Assembly: GCA_002104905.1 (NCBI GenBank)
Contig: MCFE01000056.1
Coordinates: 62,001 to 126,000, forward strand
Length of the DNA: 64,000 bases
From: Basidiobolus meristosporus CBS 931.73
Taxonomy: Eukaryota; Fungi; Basidiobolomycota
Reading direction: 5' to 3'
Shown: piece after piece, positions 61,157 to 64,000 of the stretch
Layout of the letters: every line of letters starts with the position of its first letter
Numbering within the stretch: position 1 is the stretch's first letter
Position numbers and translations under genes: made by a program
The notes under the pieces: model-generated
The model's database searches: none
What the model was told of the DNA's origin: nothing
What the model saw: the letters and a program-made list of their open reading frames with translations, nothing else

Positions 61157-62966
61157 TTATATACTTACTCAGAAGGTACTCTCTAGAAGAATAACAAGAT
61201 GGAGTGAATACATTCAGCAATTTGACTTGGAGACTGTCTACAGCCCTACAAAAAACAACACAGTTGCTGATGCCTTATCAAGACTAGAACAAGTTGCACA
61301 ACTCAGCTTGTTGCATGAATCAGATTAGCCTTGCTTTTTACCAAGGTATTTGGAGGGCAAAGCCATTTCTAATCAGGTGCATTAGAAGCTCAAGAAGATA
61401 TTAAGAATGAAGCCAACAAATTTGTAGCAGAGGATAAAGCACTCTACCAAATTGTTGATGGAAGGCCCATTGCATAGTGCATATTGCCCTTATGTTGCTT
61501 GCCTGGATTTGATACATACACTACACAATGGATATGGACATCTTGGAATTGAAGGAGTTTACAGCATTGTAAAAGCCAGAGTATGGTGGCCCAAAATGCA
61601 ACAAGATATTGGGAAGCTAGTGAAACATGCCCAAGCTGCCATATCAAACAAGGCCAACTGCAGAGAATTGCCTAGCCCTTCCCTTGAAGCCAGTGAGATC
61701 ATTCAAGAGATGGGGAATTGACTTTATTGGAAGGCTGCTAACCACCCAGAAATGCCATTGTTGGATCCTAATAGCAATTGACTAGGCCACTAAATGGCCA
61801 GTTGCTAAAGTTGCACCTGTAGCCAATGAGCAAGAAGCAGCAAGTTTCATCCACCATGAGATCTTTGTGAAGCTTGGATGCCTGGTAAAAGTTTTATCTC
61901 ATATTGGAGCTAACCTTATGGCAAAGCATTGGAAGCTTACCTGGAAATGCTGCAGATCAAACACTTGGAAACCTTGGTATATCACCCCAGAACTAATGGA
62001 GTCACTAAGTGGTTTCACAGATTATTTGGAAAATGCTGTCTTATATGCAAAGTTAGCTGTAAGTAATTGGGATGACTATATAGACCAAGCACTTTTAGCC
62101 TTCAGAGTTATTGTCCATAACACCACCCAACAATTGCCATTTTACTTAGTGTATGGATGTGAACCAAGGATCCCAGGAGATCACACACAGCCAAAGCTTA
62201 TAGATACCTTAGAAGATAAACTCAGTCAGTCTAGTAGAAACCAGCAGCTGCAGCAAAGATGTCAAGCGGTACAGACCAATATACTTCAAAGTGCAGGAAA
62301 GATGAAGTAGATATTTGATAAGACTGTATCACTAGAAGCATTAACAATTGGGAACTTTATATTGCTGAGACACAACACTTGGAAGAGGTCTGAGCCACAA
62401 CAGACAAGACATTTCAAGATTGTTACAGAATGTCTGTTTGCCACTTACCAACTTGTAGACAAACAAGGGAATATCCAGGAAGATTTAATTCATAGAGACA
62501 GACTAAAGTTTGCAAGACTTGCTGACAATACTGAATCATCAAGATATTAGGATCACAAGAAAGAGAGTCAGGAGAACCCTCTAAACTTTAGTAGAGCAGA
62601 GTGTTATGGACTACTGCTTGAGTGTTTAAGCTAGATCAGCTTTTAATCATATCAATTAGTTAAATGTTTGGCCTATCAATATATTAGTGTTATCTTATTA
62701 ATCAGTAGTGTTAGTCAGCAGATGAATCAGCTTATGCTTATCTGACAGAGATAAATATATCAAGTAGCATCTATTTAGTGATGCTGATGCAATCAAATTA
62801 GTCATTAGCCACAACCCACATTAGGAAATATGATTAGTCAGCAATTGATCTGGCTATATGTATAAGGAGCTTCTGGAACCTCAAAGAAAATTAGTTCAAA
62901 TTTTGGTGAGCTCATACTAGCTACACTCCCTATTCCTCTACAACTCTTATATCCCAACTTGTAACA

Positions 62967-63720
62967 AATAACAGCTCAGATATTATCATTGTTGCTTGAT
63001 ATTATCCTTGTATCCAGATCACTTCAAAATTGAAACAATAACAGCTTCAAGCATACTTAATTCAGAAAGTGGGCCCCTGAACATGAGGTAGAAGCCCAAG
63101 GATAATATATATCAATGCTGCTTTAGATGAAGAAGTAAAGACATTCTCACTACTTTGCAGCTTACTGCACAGGTTTGATCCACTAACACTCTCTTTTGAG
63201 AGCAGGGGGGACATTTTGACCTTGCACTATATGAAAGAAATGTATCATCACAAAGAACTCAGATGCTATGCTGAGTAGACAAGATCAAGATAATGCATTA
63301 CTGAGCCCAGAAATGCATAGAGAAAAGAAGGGAAAGCAACAGAAGTAACACAATCCTGGCTACTATAACTGCTGTAAGAAGCAAGGATAGTGGGCAAGAG
63401 ATTCAAAGAACAATCAAGTGGAAGTAAAATATATGCTGGAACAAGAAAACCATATAACAACAGTAGAACAGCTATATCTAATGAGTATTTCAGCAGTATT
63501 GAATATGGGGCACTGCAGCATATTTTTGGTACAAAGGAGAAATTCAGTAAGCAATACACTATCTATGTAAAAGCATTTACCTGGATGACTACTCTGCACT
63601 GGAAGCTACTGCTGGTGGAACTATACAGCAAAGTATGGGTGATATGTCAGGGGCTAAGACAGCAAAACAACTGAGGTAGACTATGTGCCTAGAATAGCTA
63701 AAGGTCTACTACCTTTATTT
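62967..63720 (+). mobile_element. Copia family B, highly degenerate remnant (LTR end and gag fragments)
   Basis: Similar to 56790-57930 with deletions and many stops. Confidence 0.65.
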
Positions 63721-64000
63721 AACTTAAGCAGGGTTTCCCACTAATCATGCACACACTTAGCATATAAATATATATCACCATTTATTGAGGGAAGGGGTAG
63801 AGAATTACACAGTAGGGTCAGCTTAATACCAAATTAACAAAATACTTGCATATATTTTGGCCAAGCCACTTGCTAGGCTATACTTCTGAGAACTCAGAGG
63901 GATATTGGTATTGCAAATTTTTTAGTTGAGAGGAAGTGCCAAACTTAGTAATATTTTGTATCATTCCGCAACTGAAAATTTACTTGGTAATTCTGCATTA

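Larger units (their letters stand above)
56246..62966 (+). mobile_element. Gypsy family G, 3' half on plus (RNase H, integrase, 3' LTR 62602-62966), interrupted by copia B
   Basis: TDASDYAIDGVLSQ...PIAFESKKLNSAEQN...EKEMLAI...TDHSSLKY|copia|ILTQKVLSRRITRWSEYIQQF...VADALSR, then HxxxxH...W integrase zinc domain. Confidence 0.88.

Noticed and set aside
23000-64000. Recurrent ~350-bp repeats as a possible CRISPR-like or satellite array
   Set aside because: They are LTRs with TG...CA ends, PBS/PPT and TSDs. There is no repeat-spacer periodicity and the DNA is eukaryotic.

Overview
Eukaryotic, fungal-type genomic DNA with two sharply different halves. The lineage looks non-Dikarya, but that is only an impression. 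Positions 1-22.2 kb are gene-dense with short (~60-75 nt) GT-AG introns: partial GCV2, SMC1, three tandem Crg1/Tmt1-like SAM methyltransferases (one frameshifted), mitochondrial Hsp70 (SSC1), RAD21/SCC1, NAC-beta (EGD1), a minus-strand ncRNA cluster (2x tRNA-Leu(CAG), tRNA-Arg(CCG), 2x identical U3 snoRNA), CMC2, an Atg31-like gene, HYM1/MO25 and RPL24. From ~23.0 kb to the end I found no host genes. This half is a nest of transposons that is almost devoid of CpG. It contains three copies of a ~5.6-kb CMC/EnSpm (Tnp2) DNA transposon with CCCTATG termini and head-to-head ORFs, two of them nested in the third. It also holds two Ty1/copia families with Ty5/copia-type half-tRNA primer sites, including one near-intact element with identical LTRs and a single in-frame stop, plus Ty3/gypsy fragments in inverted arrangement and ~720-bp fold-back MITEs with AWT target duplications. 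All alignments were done by eye and no database search was run.
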